The notes beneath the pieces were generated by a model that saw nothing but the letters and a program-made list of their open reading frames with translations, made no database searches and had not been told where the DNA came from. 64,000 nt of DNA, taken from positions 1,548-65,547 of the forward strand of contig ONYP01000034.1 of assembly GCA_900322135.1 (NCBI GenBank), written 5' to 3'. Made by a program: the position numbers and the translations under genes. Shown piece after piece: positions 47,508 to 56,554 of this stretch (its first letter is position 1; each line of letters starts with the position of its first letter). This stretch comes from an uncultured Prevotellaceae bacterium. GTDB taxonomy: Bacteria; Bacteroidota; Bacteroidia; Bacteroidales; Muribaculaceae.

Positions 47508-49352
47508 ATGAACAAGCCTGTCCCCATCGAACTGCTGGCGCCTGCCCGTGACGCCGCCATCGCCATCGCCGCCATCGACCATGGCGCCGATGCCGTGTAT
47601 ATGGGGGCATCGCACCACGGAGCGCGCGCCGATGCTGCCAACACGCTTGACGATGTAAAGCGCGCCTGCGAGCACGCCCACCGCTTCGGGGGGCGCATCT
47701 ATGCCACGGTCAACACACTCATCTACGACAATGAACTGAAAGAAGTAGAGCAGCTGGTTAACGACCTGTACCGCATCGGCGTGGACGCGCTCATCGTCCA
47801 GGACCTGGGCCTGCTCAGGCTGGACCTGCCGCCCATCGCCCTGCACGCCAGCACCCAATGCGACCTGCGCACACCCGAGAAGGCGCGTTTTCTTGAATCA
47901 TTGGGCTTCTCGCAACTGGTCATGGCACGCGAACTCACCCTGGACGAGATAGCTGATATCCGCCGTGCCACAACCGTACCGCTCGAGGCGTTTGTGCACG
48001 GAGCACTCTGCGTGAGTTACAGCGGGCGCTGTGCCATCAGCCAGGCTATCAAGGGCCGCAGCGCCAACCGTGGCGAGTGTGCCCAGATGTGCCGTCTGCC
48101 CTACGACCTTGTGGACGGTCAAGGCCGCGTCCTCGTAGCCGACAAGCACCTGCTGTCGCTGCGCGACATGGCCCGCCACGATCGGCTGGAACAGATGATG
48201 GCCGCCGGCGTGTCATCGTTCAAGATTGAGGGACGCCTGAAGGACATCGGCTATGTCAAGAATGTGGTGGCCTATTACCGCCGCGCCATCGATAAGGTAA
48301 TTGACAGGCAACCTGACCGCTACCGCCGCGCCTCGTCAGGGATTGTGGAATTCACCTTTGAGCCCGCATTAGAGAAGAGTTTCAACCGCGGCTTCACGCA
48401 TTATTTCCTTGATGAGCGCCACCCTGTGGACGGGTTGTCGATGGCATCCATCGACACGCCTAAATCCCAAGGTGAACGGCTAGGCCGCGTGACACGCTGC
48501 AACGGCAACACGCTCACCATCGACACACATGCGACGCTTGCCAACGGTGACGGCCTGAGTTACTATAATGCCCAAGGCGAGTTCACGGGAGTGCGCGTCA
48601 ACCGTGTTACCAGCAACGGCACTGTGCTGTTGCGTGAACCGGCCGCCATCACACGCGGCACGCTGGTTTACCGTACTGCCGATAAAGACTTTAGCGACCG
48701 GCTGGCGAAAGCATCGGCCACCCGCTGCATCGCCGTCGATGCCGAGTTGCGCTACACAGCAGGGCTGCTCTCGCTGTCGCTCGCCGACGAGCGAGGCAAC
48801 CGCGTGACACACACCCTGCCCTGCGACCTGCAGCCCGCAGCCAAGCCGCAGGGAAACCGCCAGAGGGCAGAACTTGGCAAACTGGGCGGCACCGTCTACC
48901 GCTTGCGTGAGGCGAAAGTGCCCGGTGATGTTTTCATCCCCGCCTCGTTGCTCTCGCAACTGCGCCGCGAGACCGTCGAGCTGCTCGACCGAGCCCACTG
49001 CATCACCCGCCCCGTGGACAAAAGGCGCCCAGAAGACAAAACCACCCAATGCCCTACCCCTGAACTCACCCCTGCCGACAATGTAGCCAACCACCTCGCC
49101 GAGCAACTCTACCGCGACCATGGCGTGAGCAGGATTGAGCCTGCACTCGAGGCCGGTGCCCCTCTCACCACGGCCACGCCGCTGATGCACACCCGCTACT
49201 GCCTGCGCCGCCAACTGGGTGCATGCCTCAAGGGCAAGAACGCCAACCGTCTGCCCCGCGACCTATACCTGAAAACCGGCACAACCCTGCTCAAGGTCAC
49301 CTGTGATTGCAAGAACTGCGAGATGACCCTCACCCTCGCCCGCCAAGCCTAA
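47508..49352 (+). CDS. U32-family protein with DUF3656 (RlhA-like RNA hydroxylation protein)
   Basis: ELLAPA, GADAVY, LHASTQ, HGALCVSYSGRC, SANRGECAQMCR, FKIEGRLK. Confidence 0.88.
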   Translation: MNKPVPIELLAPARDAAIAIAAIDHGADAVYMGASHHGARADAANTLDDVKRACEHAHRFGGRIYATVNTLIYDNELKEVEQLVNDLYRIGVDALIVQDLGLLRLDLPPIALHASTQCDLRTPEKARFLESLGFSQLVMARELTLDEIADIRRATTVPLEAFVHGALCVSYSGRCAISQAIKGRSANRGECAQMCRLPYDLVDGQGRVLVADKHLLSLRDMARHDRLEQMMAAGVSSFKIEGRLKDIGYVKNVVAYYRRAIDKVIDRQPDRYRRASSGIVEFTFEPALEKSFNRGFTHYFLDERHPVDGLSMASIDTPKSQGERLGRVTRCNGNTLTIDTHATLANGDGLSYYNAQGEFTGVRVNRVTSNGTVLLREPAAITRGTLVYRTADKDFSDRLAKASATRCIAVDAELRYTAGLLSLSLADERGNRVTHTLPCDLQPAAKPQGNRQRAELGKLGGTVYRLREAKVPGDVFIPASLLSQLRRETVELLDRAHCITRPVDKRRPEDKTTQCPTPELTPADNVANHLAEQLYRDHGVSRIEPALEAGAPLTTATPLMHTRYCLRRQLGACLKGKNANRLPRDLYLKTGTTLLKVTCDCKNCEMTLTLARQA

Positions 49353-49475
49353 CCCGGCAGCAGACACAAGCCGATGGCTTGCACTACAAAAACTATCACA
49401 ACCGAGCACTTCACATCAAGAAAAACCGCCATTAGGATTATCAATTGGTGATTTTTCACTACTTTTGCCCTTGAT

Positions 49476-50219
49476 ATGAAAAAGGACACGATACAACTGA
49501 TTATGATACTGGCGGTGCTGGCGGCTATTGTCGTTGCCATCCTCAAGTATATGCCTCACGATATCCTGACCATCTACAGCTGGTACAAGGAGCACTTGAC
49601 CTACGGCACCATCCTGCTGCTGATGATCATCGAGAGTTCGTTTATTCCCTTCCCCAGCGAGATCGTCATCCCGCCAGCAGCCTACTTTGCAGCACGCAAC
49701 AGCGACATGAATGTAGTGATGATTGTTGTGGTTGCCACACTGGGCGCTCTAATCGGAGCCGCCATCAACTATGTGCTGTCGTTGCTCATCGGGCGACCTG
49801 TAGTTTACAAGTTCGCCAACAGCCGCATCGGTCACATGTGCCTGATTGATGCCGAGAAGGTGCAGAAGGCCGAAGCCTACTTTGACCGCCACGGTGCCAT
49901 CTCGACCTTCCTGGGCCGATTGATTCCAGCTATCCGCCAACTCATCTCCATCCCTGCCGGCCTGTCGCGCATGAATTTCGGCACTTTTGCCCTGTTCACG
50001 ACGCTGGGTGCCGGCATCTGGAATGTGGTGCTGGCCGCCCTGGGTTATTGGCTCAGCCAAAATGTCCTCGAGGAAGACTTGCTCTTCCAGCTTGAGCACT
50101 ACAACCGTTACCTGTCGTGGGCCGGCTATGCCCTCGCCATCTTCATCGTCCTCTTCCTCGCCTATCAGGCCATTAGAAAAAAGCCTGCGAAATTGCCCAA
50201 AGATATTGACAACAAATAA
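49476..50219 (+). CDS. DedA-family membrane protein
   Basis: IESSFIPFPSEIVIPPA, GRLIPAIRQLISIPAG. Confidence 0.92.
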   Translation: MKKDTIQLIMILAVLAAIVVAILKYMPHDILTIYSWYKEHLTYGTILLLMIIESSFIPFPSEIVIPPAAYFAARNSDMNVVMIVVVATLGALIGAAINYVLSLLIGRPVVYKFANSRIGHMCLIDAEKVQKAEAYFDRHGAISTFLGRLIPAIRQLISIPAGLSRMNFGTFALFTTLGAGIWNVVLAALGYWLSQNVLEEDLLFQLEHYNRYLSWAGYALAIFIVLFLAYQAIRKKPAKLPKDIDNK

Positions 50220-50228
50220 CATAGCATC

Positions 50229-50876
50229 ATGACACAAGTATCCCCATCCCTGTTATCGGCCGACTTTGGCAACCTGGCCAAGGACATCGACATGATTAAC
50301 CGCAGCCAAGCCGACCTGCTGCACCTCGACATCATGGACGGCGTGTTCGTGCCTAACATCTCGTTCGGATTCCCCGTCATCAAGCATGTGCAACGCCTGT
50401 GCCAAAAGCCCCTCGACGCACACCTGATGATTGTCGAGCCCCAGAAGTTCATTCCCCAGGTGCGTGACTGCGGTGCCAGCATCATGACCGTACACCAGGA
50501 AGCCTGCATTCACCTGAACCGCGTGGTGCAGCAGATCCACGATGCCGGCATGCAGGCAGGTGTAGCCCTCAACCCCGCCACCCCGGTGATGATGCTGCGC
50601 GACATCATCTGCGATGTGGACCTCGTGCTGCTCATGTCGGTCAACCCCGGCTTTGGCGGCCAGAAGTTTATCGTGCAGACGCTGAACAAAGTGCGCGAAC
50701 TGCGCCAACTCATCACCCTCAACGGCTCCAATGCCCTCATCGAGATTGACGGCGGCGTGAACGACATCACCGGAGCCCAACTCGTTGAAGCAGGAGCCGA
50801 TATCCTCGTCGCCGGCAGCTATGTCTTTGGCGCCGAAGACCCCATCAAAACCATTGAGGGATTGAAAAATCTGTGA
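50229..50876 (+). CDS. rpe: Ribulose-phosphate 3-epimerase
   Basis: PSLLSADF, HLDIMDGVFVPN, MSVNPGFGGQKF, IDGGV. Confidence 0.97.
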   Translation: MTQVSPSLLSADFGNLAKDIDMINRSQADLLHLDIMDGVFVPNISFGFPVIKHVQRLCQKPLDAHLMIVEPQKFIPQVRDCGASIMTVHQEACIHLNRVVQQIHDAGMQAGVALNPATPVMMLRDIICDVDLVLLMSVNPGFGGQKFIVQTLNKVRELRQLITLNGSNALIEIDGGVNDITGAQLVEAGADILVAGSYVFGAEDPIKTIEGLKNL

Positions 50877-50882
50877 AAATAT

Positions 50883-50913
50883 TTTGTCGGGTGAAAAATT
50901 TGCCATAACTTTG
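50883..50913 (+). promoter_or_regulatory. Sigma-A promoter for tRNA-Ser
   Basis: -33 TTTG, 19-nt spacer, -7 TAACTTTG. Confidence 0.75.
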
Positions 50914-50951
50914 CACCCGCTTTCGGAAGATAATATCCCGAGGGCAAGACT

Positions 50952-51037
50952 GGAAAGGTGCCGGAGTGGTCGATCGGGGCGGTCTCGAAAACCGTTGTAC
51001 GCTTTGCGTACCGTGGGTTCGAATCCCTCCCTTTCCG
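50952..51037 (+). tRNA. tRNA-Ser(CGA)
   Basis: GGAAAGG/CCTTTCC acceptor, anticodon arm GCGGT-CT CGA AA-ACCGT, long variable arm GTACGC/GCGTAC, GGTTCGAATCC; CCA not encoded. Confidence 0.95.
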
Positions 51038-51038
51038 C

Positions 51039-51213
51039 ACAAGCTGAATGAACGATTAAGAGAAATCTTAATCGTTTCATTTTTTTGTGCGATGGCTTGA
51101 GCTTGCTCAAAGCACTGGCACAAAGAAATGAAACAAGAGGCACGCCAGTGCAGTTCATTCAACTTGTTGCGCCCCGGCGGGGCGCAGAGGGATGCACGAA
51201 GTGAATCCCTCCC
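51039..51213. other. Multi-branched palindromic element immediately 3' of tRNA-Ser
   Basis: Nested inverted repeats 51039-51053/51153-51167 and 51075-51090/51118-51133, plus five local hairpins. Confidence 0.6.
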
Positions 51214-51501
51214 GTTCTTGATGCTTTCACCATGCCATTAATTCACAGGGTTCGCCATCGACCTTTAGGTCGGTTTCGCAGCGAAGCGGAGAAAGAATCA
51301 CCCCTTTCCACAATTTAATGTAATAAATTGAAAATCAATTCATTACATTAAATTTTTATACCTATCGGGACGCCATAGAGACGGTTTTTTGCAAGCCTTC
51401 AGTATTAAGTATTTTTTATCAACTGAGTTCCAAGTCATTAACCATAGTTCAAATATTGAATTCTCGGGACATTATCCCTCTTTTACGATGATTTTGAGAA
51501 A

Positions 51502-51918
51502 TTAATGAATCGAAAGAAGTAATAGAGCACCTGCTTTCCATATATGATCTCCAGTTCCGTAGCCAACGATATCAAAATGAGAGTTCCTAATCTCACCTTT
51601 TGCTACATATACATATCCTTTTTCATCATAATTACGATCAAAAATTTTATAGATTGACTCAGTTTGATTAACAACAGAGCCCACATAGACATAATGGCTG
51701 TCTGTTACTTCTCCATCAGAATTAATGTACCCCACAATATCATAATGCCTATCTTTAATAGAACCATTGGAATAAATATATCCTATGGTTGTATGTGATT
51801 TGTCCATTAGAGTAGTGTCGAGTGGAAATGACACATAGTTTGACTCGTCAAACTCATCATCACAAGCCAATAGCGCCATCAAGATCAATATAGATAATAC
51901 AATTATGTTGAATCTCAT
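51502..51918 (-). CDS. Lipoprotein with ~17-aa beta repeats (beta-flower-like)
   Basis: Lipobox LLAC; repeats IGYIYSNGSIKDRHYD / VGYINSDGEVTDSHYV / KGEIRNSHFDIVGY; -7 element TATATTTG 4 nt before ATG 51918. Confidence 0.7.
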   Translation of the reverse strand: MRFNIIVLSILILMALLACDDEFDESNYVSFPLDTTLMDKSHTTIGYIYSNGSIKDRHYDIVGYINSDGEVTDSHYVYVGSVVNQTESIYKIFDRNYDEKGYVYVAKGEIRNSHFDIVGYGTGDHIWKAGALLLLSIH

Positions 51919-52034
51919 ACCGCAAATATAGTGATTATATCTCATTTTGCGGTACTACTTGGTTTTTTCTCTTTTGTTTTGACTATTTGATGATGTAAAT
52001 AAATAGAGTTTTTGGCAAGATTTTTGTAATAGTA

Positions 52035-52066
52035 TTTGGGTGGTAACTGTTTTTTAGTTACATTTG
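52035..52066 (+). promoter_or_regulatory. hicAB promoter with overlapping palindromic operator GTAACT-N7-AGTTAC
   Basis: -33 TTTG, 20-nt spacer, -7 TACATTTG; inverted repeat 52043-52061 overlaps the -7 element. Confidence 0.65.
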
Positions 52067-52086
52067 CAGCATCAAAAAGCAATGAC

Positions 52087-52344
52087 ATGAGTACAAAAGA
52101 GAAACTCAGGAAACGATTTCTGTCGATGCCATCGGATTTTACATTCGATGAGATGCAGCAACTCTTGGCTGGATACGGCTATGTGCGAGGTGAAAAAGGC
52201 CACACATCTGGCTCTCGAGTAATTTTCAAAAACGGAGACAAGCGACCTATCATGTTGCACAAGCCACATCCAGGTAACATTGTCAAAAGATATGCGATGC
52301 AGCAAGTATTGGAAGAATTGAAAGAAGCAGGATTTATTAAATAA
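52087..52344 (+). CDS. hicA: HicA-family toxin
   Basis: PSDFTFDE, GHTSGSRVIF, MLHKPHPG; directly upstream of a HicB-like gene. Confidence 0.88.
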   Translation: MSTKEKLRKRFLSMPSDFTFDEMQQLLAGYGYVRGEKGHTSGSRVIFKNGDKRPIMLHKPHPGNIVKRYAMQQVLEELKEAGFIK

Positions 52345-52351
52345 GAAAGAT

Positions 52352-52696
52352 ATGAATACGATGAGTTATAAGGGCTATTTGGGCTCAGTCGCTTTTAGTG
52401 AACAGGATGGTGTTTTCTACGGTAAGGTGGAGGGCATCAACGGTTTGGTGAACTTTGAAGGCGAGAGCGTGAAGGAACTGACCGAGGCATTTCATGAGGC
52501 AGTGGACGATTACCTTGCCTACTGTGCCGATGAAGGCATCGAACCGGATAAGAGCTATTCGGGCGCACTGAATGTGAGGTTAACACCTGCCATCCACCGC
52601 AGAATCGCTATGCTTGCCAAGCAAGCTGGCCTCACCATCAATGCTTTTATCCGCAAGACGCTTGAAGAAAAGGCAGAATCAGAAATGGTCGTATAA
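52352..52696 (+). CDS. hicB: HicB-family antitoxin with RHH domain
   Basis: MSYKGYLGSV, FEGESVKEL, FHEAVDDYL, KSYSGALNVRLTPAIHRR. Confidence 0.92.
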   Translation: MNTMSYKGYLGSVAFSEQDGVFYGKVEGINGLVNFEGESVKELTEAFHEAVDDYLAYCADEGIEPDKSYSGALNVRLTPAIHRRIAMLAKQAGLTINAFIRKTLEEKAESEMVV

Positions 52697-52879
52697 CAAT
52701 CTAACGCGAAATAAAGATTAATTAACTATCTATAAGTCGCTTAAAAGCTATTTTTCAGGGACAGTATAGGGACACTAACCATGGATTTTCCCTCTTTTAC
52801 GAAAATGTAAGTCGTTGTGTATCAGATGGATAATATTTCAGATTTCCAAGCAGAAAATCCCTCCCTTTCCGCAAAATGA

Positions 52880-52910
52880 TAAAGAAGTCCCTTGTGGGCT
52901 TCTTTTTTTT
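52880..52910 (+). terminator. Terminator after the right att copy (probably the original tRNA-Ser terminator)
   Basis: AAAGAAGTCC/GGGCTTCTTT stem plus T8. Confidence 0.7.
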
Positions 52911-52920
52911 GTTTGTACTA

Positions 52921-52968
52921 TAGTCAGAGCGGTTCCTCCCAAATCCGATGGAGGAACCGCTCTGATTG
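52921..52968 (-). terminator. Hairpin downstream of the yitT-like gene
   Basis: TCAGAGCGGTTCCTCC/GGAGGAACCGCTCTGA 16-bp stem. Confidence 0.65.
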
Positions 52969-52985
52969 CTTATCGTATAGACCGC

Positions 52986-53948
52986 TTACTCCTGAGGGAG
53001 ACGGCGGAAACCCTCGCCGAGGATTTCGGAACTCTCGAGGATGTTGACAAAGGCGTGGGGGTCGATGTTGTAAAGCACTGAACGCAGCTTGATCATATCG
53101 GAACGGTCGAGGGTGACATAGAGCATGTTGCGCTCGGTGCCCTTATAGAGGCCAGTTCCGGCGATGAGCGTGCCACCGCGCTTGATATCGTTGATGATGT
53201 AGTCGCGAACGGCCTCGGCTTCGTCGGTAACAATGAACATGGTCTTGTAGGTCTTGATACCATCGACAACGAGGTCGATGACCTTGCCCTCGATGAAAAT
53301 GATGATGACGGAGTAGATGGGGAGACGGATGTCACCGAAAGCGATGAGGGTGCTCAGGGTGATGATGCCATCGACGATCATGACGAGGGTACCCAGGGAA
53401 ATCTTGGTGTACTTGTGCAGGATCATCGAGATGATGTCCGAGCCGCCGCTTGTAGCACCCGAGCGGAAAATCAGACCAATTGCCACACCGTAGATGATGC
53501 CGGCGACGACGGTGTTGAGGAAGTAGTCAGGATGGAACCAGCCGCCGTGATGGGGAATCTCGACCATCGACTTGGCCATTGAGGGGTCGACAGTTTCCAT
53601 GATTGCACCGTCGAGGATGACCGGGTTGTAGCCCCACCAACTCTCGAGAATAAAGGTGAACAGGAATATCAGCGCTGTCGAGACGATGGTCTTGATACCG
53701 AATTTGGGACCAAGAATCCATGTGCCGATGATGAGCAGGGGGATATCCATGCAGATGGCGTAGAGGGAGATTTTCCAGGGCCACAGGGTGTTGAACACAT
53801 TGGAGAGGCCGTAGGTGCCGCCAGGCGCCATCAGGTAGGGGTTCACAAACATCACATCGCCAACGGCGAACAGCAGGCTACCCACCGTGAGCAACATGTA
53901 GGCGAGGACTTCCTGCCACAACTTTTTCTTGGGATCAATCTTAATCAT
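52986..53948 (-). CDS. YitT-family membrane protein (DUF2179 C-terminus)
   Basis: APGGTYGL, GATSGGSDII, RGGTLIAGTGLY, IDPHAFV, ILGEGF. Confidence 0.9.
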   Translation of the reverse strand: MIKIDPKKKLWQEVLAYMLLTVGSLLFAVGDVMFVNPYLMAPGGTYGLSNVFNTLWPWKISLYAICMDIPLLIIGTWILGPKFGIKTIVSTALIFLFTFILESWWGYNPVILDGAIMETVDPSMAKSMVEIPHHGGWFHPDYFLNTVVAGIIYGVAIGLIFRSGATSGGSDIISMILHKYTKISLGTLVMIVDGIITLSTLIAFGDIRLPIYSVIIIFIEGKVIDLVVDGIKTYKTMFIVTDEAEAVRDYIINDIKRGGTLIAGTGLYKGTERNMLYVTLDRSDMIKLRSVLYNIDPHAFVNILESSEILGEGFRRLPQE

Positions 53949-54170
53949 AGTATTAATATTCTGAATTTGGCTGCAAAGGTACTCATTTTTTTTCAAACAA
54001 GTGAAACATCTTGACAGGCAACGGTAACGACATTAATAATTAAAAAGGCTCAGCGCATCTTTTTGGGTGCATCAATAGTTTTTTCTTCACAAATTATCGA
54101 AATGTGGGAAAAACTCATTACCTTTGCCTATGGCAAACAAATTCAAATAATATTTTAAATCAGATATCTT

Positions 54171-54881
54171 ATGGCTGACAAAACACCTACTCCGCACATC
54201 GGCGCCAAGTATGGCGAGATTGCACCCACAGTGATTATGGCCGGCGACCCCTTGCGCGCCAAGTTGATGGCAGAACGCTATCTTGAGAATCCCACGCTCT
54301 ATAACCAGGTGCGCGGCATGCTGGGTTATACCGGCATGTACAAGGGCAAACGCGTGTCGGTCCAGGGCCACGGCATGGGCATTCCCTCGATTGGCATCTA
54401 CAGCTACGAGTTGTTCAACTTCTATGATGTGAAGACCATCATCCGTGTGGGCTCGGCGGGCTCGATGCATCCCGACCTGCACATCGGCGACCTGGTGATG
54501 GCAATGGGCGCCTGCACCAACAGCGCCTATGCCGAGCAGTTCCGTCTGCCCGGCACCTATGCCCCGATTGCCGACTTTGACCTGCTGCGTGCAGCCGTCG
54601 AGAAGGCGGAGGAACTGGGCTACCGTTACAAGGTGGGCAATGTGTACTCGTCGGACACTTTCTACGATGACAGCCCTGACACCGACCAGTGGCAGAAGAT
54701 GGGCGTCCTGGCCGTTGAAATGGAGGCTCCCGCACTGTACATGAACGCAGCCCGCAGCGGCGCTCGCGCCCTGTGCATGTGCACCATCAGCGACTCGCTG
54801 GTAACCGGCGAGGTGACCACCGCCGAGGAGCGCCAGAACAACTTCACCCAGATGATGGATGTAGCCTTTGGAATCATCTAA
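54171..54881 (+). CDS. deoD: Purine-nucleoside phosphorylase (DeoD type)
   Basis: [42 protein letters not shown]. Confidence 0.95.
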   Translation: MADKTPTPHIGAKYGEIAPTVIMAGDPLRAKLMAERYLENPTLYNQVRGMLGYTGMYKGKRVSVQGHGMGIPSIGIYSYELFNFYDVKTIIRVGSAGSMHPDLHIGDLVMAMGACTNSAYAEQFRLPGTYAPIADFDLLRAAVEKAEELGYRYKVGNVYSSDTFYDDSPDTDQWQKMGVLAVEMEAPALYMNAARSGARALCMCTISDSLVTGEVTTAEERQNNFTQMMDVAFGII

Positions 54882-54901
54882 ATCAATGAGAGGTATATAA
54901 C

Positions 54902-55891
54902 ATGGCAATGCTATCCAGAATCACCGAACTGTTTGAAATCGACTATCCTGTGATTTCGGGCGGTATGGTGTGGTGCAGCGGGTGGGAACTCGCTGCTGCC
55001 GTGAGTAATGCAGGGGGCCTGGGCCTGATAGGTGCCGGATCGATGACCCCCGAGGTACTGCGAGAGCACATTGTCAAGTGCCGTGAGGCCACAGCCTACA
55101 ACTTTGGTGTCAATGTCCCGCTGATGCGTCCACAGGCTGCCGAGCTGATGGAAGTCATTGCCGAGCAGAAGGTTCCCATCGTGTTCACCTCGGCCGGAAG
55201 CCCCAAGAAATGGACGGGCTGGCTCCACGAACGCGGCATCAAAGTCGCCCATGTGGTGGCTTCGTCGGCATTTGCCGCCAAGTGTGAAGCAGCCGGTGTT
55301 GACGCCGTAGTGGCCGAGGGCTTTGAGGCCGGTGGCCACAACGGCAAGGAGGAAACGACCACGATGTGCCTGATTCCTGCCGCGCGCCAAGCTACCAGCC
55401 TGCCCCTGATAGCCGCCGGAGGCATCGCCACCGGTGATGCCATGCTGGCCGCTGAGGCAATGGGCGCCGACGGTGTACAGGTCGGCACCTTGTTCGCCCT
55501 GACCCAGGAAAGCTCGGCCCACGAGAACTTCAAACGCCTGTGCCTTAACCTTGACGAGGGAGGCACGCGGCTCCACTTCAGGAAACTATCACCTACCCGA
55601 CTGGTCAAGAACGGATTCCAGGCCGCTGTTCAAGAGGCCGAGAACCGCGGAGCCAGCGAAGAGGAACTGCTCGAACTCATCGGCATCGGCAAAACCCGCA
55701 CGGGCATCTTTGAGGGCGATGTAGAGAACGGAGAACTGGAAATCGGGCAAGCCGCCAGCCTGCTCAAGGGCCGGGAAATAGAACCCGTAGAGGTGGTGAT
55801 GCAACGCTTCGTAAGCGAGTATTATATTGCACGCAAGCAACTCATCAACCAAGCGATGGAAGAGCAAATCTCAAGGAGAACTTTAATGTGA
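54902..55891 (+). CDS. FabK/nitronate monooxygenase-family flavoprotein
   Basis: YPVISGGMVW, AAAVSNAGGLG, EGFEAGGH, AAGGIATG, GELEIGQ. Confidence 0.85.
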   Translation: MAMLSRITELFEIDYPVISGGMVWCSGWELAAAVSNAGGLGLIGAGSMTPEVLREHIVKCREATAYNFGVNVPLMRPQAAELMEVIAEQKVPIVFTSAGSPKKWTGWLHERGIKVAHVVASSAFAAKCEAAGVDAVVAEGFEAGGHNGKEETTTMCLIPAARQATSLPLIAAGGIATGDAMLAAEAMGADGVQVGTLFALTQESSAHENFKRLCLNLDEGGTRLHFRKLSPTRLVKNGFQAAVQEAENRGASEEELLELIGIGKTRTGIFEGDVENGELEIGQAASLLKGREIEPVEVVMQRFVSEYYIARKQLINQAMEEQISRRTLM

Positions 55892-55920
55892 TTATTCCAT
55901 TTGGAAATCTCCAAATGGAA

Positions 55921-55963
55921 GTTTAGAGGTTAAAGGTTAGAGTTTAGAGGTTGAGGTTTAGAG
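55921..55963. repeat. Degenerate short tandem repeat (GTTTAGAG/GGTTAAAG)
   Basis: gtttagaggttaaaggttagagtttagaggttgaggtttagag. Confidence 0.55.
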
Positions 55964-56071
55964 AATACCACTCAATGGCTTGTCAATTGGCAAGTTAGTA
56001 GTATATATGTGAAATCGCAGTTAATATTTAATATTTAAATTATCACTTTAAAATTATAAAATCAAATAACT

Positions 56072-56548
56072 ATGCCACAGTGGTTTGAATGCAAAGTAAA
56101 ATATGACCGCATGATGGAAAACGGAGTCATGAAGGCCGTCTCGGAACCGTATCTGGTAGACGCCTTGTCCTTTACCGAGGCCGAAGCCCGCATCACCGAC
56201 AAGATGCAGCCCTACATCAGCGGCGAATTCAAAGTGGATGCCGTCAAGCGTGTGAACCTGAGCGACATCTTTTATAATGAAGGCGGCGACCGCTGGTACA
56301 AGGTGAAAACCAACTTCATCACCATCGACGAGAAAACCGCCGTCGAGAAGCGCACAGCCAGTTACCAGCTGGTACAGGCCAGCGACCTGAAAGGCGCACT
56401 AGCCGTTTTCATGGAGGGAATGCACGACACGATGGCCGACTTTGAAATCGCATCGATTACCGAGACTCCGCTCATGGATGTTTTCCCTGTGGACCTCAGC
56501 GAAACCCGTGCTGACCGTGAAGCCCGCCAGAATGCACAACAACAGTAA
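56072..56548 (+). CDS. DUF4494-family protein
   Basis: WFECKVKY, YLVDALSFTEAEARI, DRWYK, IASITETPLMDVF. Confidence 0.88.
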   Translation: MPQWFECKVKYDRMMENGVMKAVSEPYLVDALSFTEAEARITDKMQPYISGEFKVDAVKRVNLSDIFYNEGGDRWYKVKTNFITIDEKTAVEKRTASYQLVQASDLKGALAVFMEGMHDTMADFEIASITETPLMDVFPVDLSETRADREARQNAQQQ

Positions 56549-56554
56549 ACAGCC

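Larger units (their letters stand above)
51022..52873. mobile_element. Integrase-less mini genomic island at the tRNA-Ser 3' end
   Basis: 18-bp direct repeat AATCCCTCCCTTTCCGCA at 51022-51039 and 52856-52873; AT-rich interior carrying hicAB and a lipoprotein gene. Confidence 0.75.

Noticed and set aside
50819-51162. ORFs MRKGRDSNPR.. and MNELHW.. (and 45173-45591)
   Set aside because: Translations running across tRNA genes and their promoters
51040-52855. Prophage or autonomous integrative element
   Set aside because: No integrase, relaxase, replication or phage gene fits between the repeats
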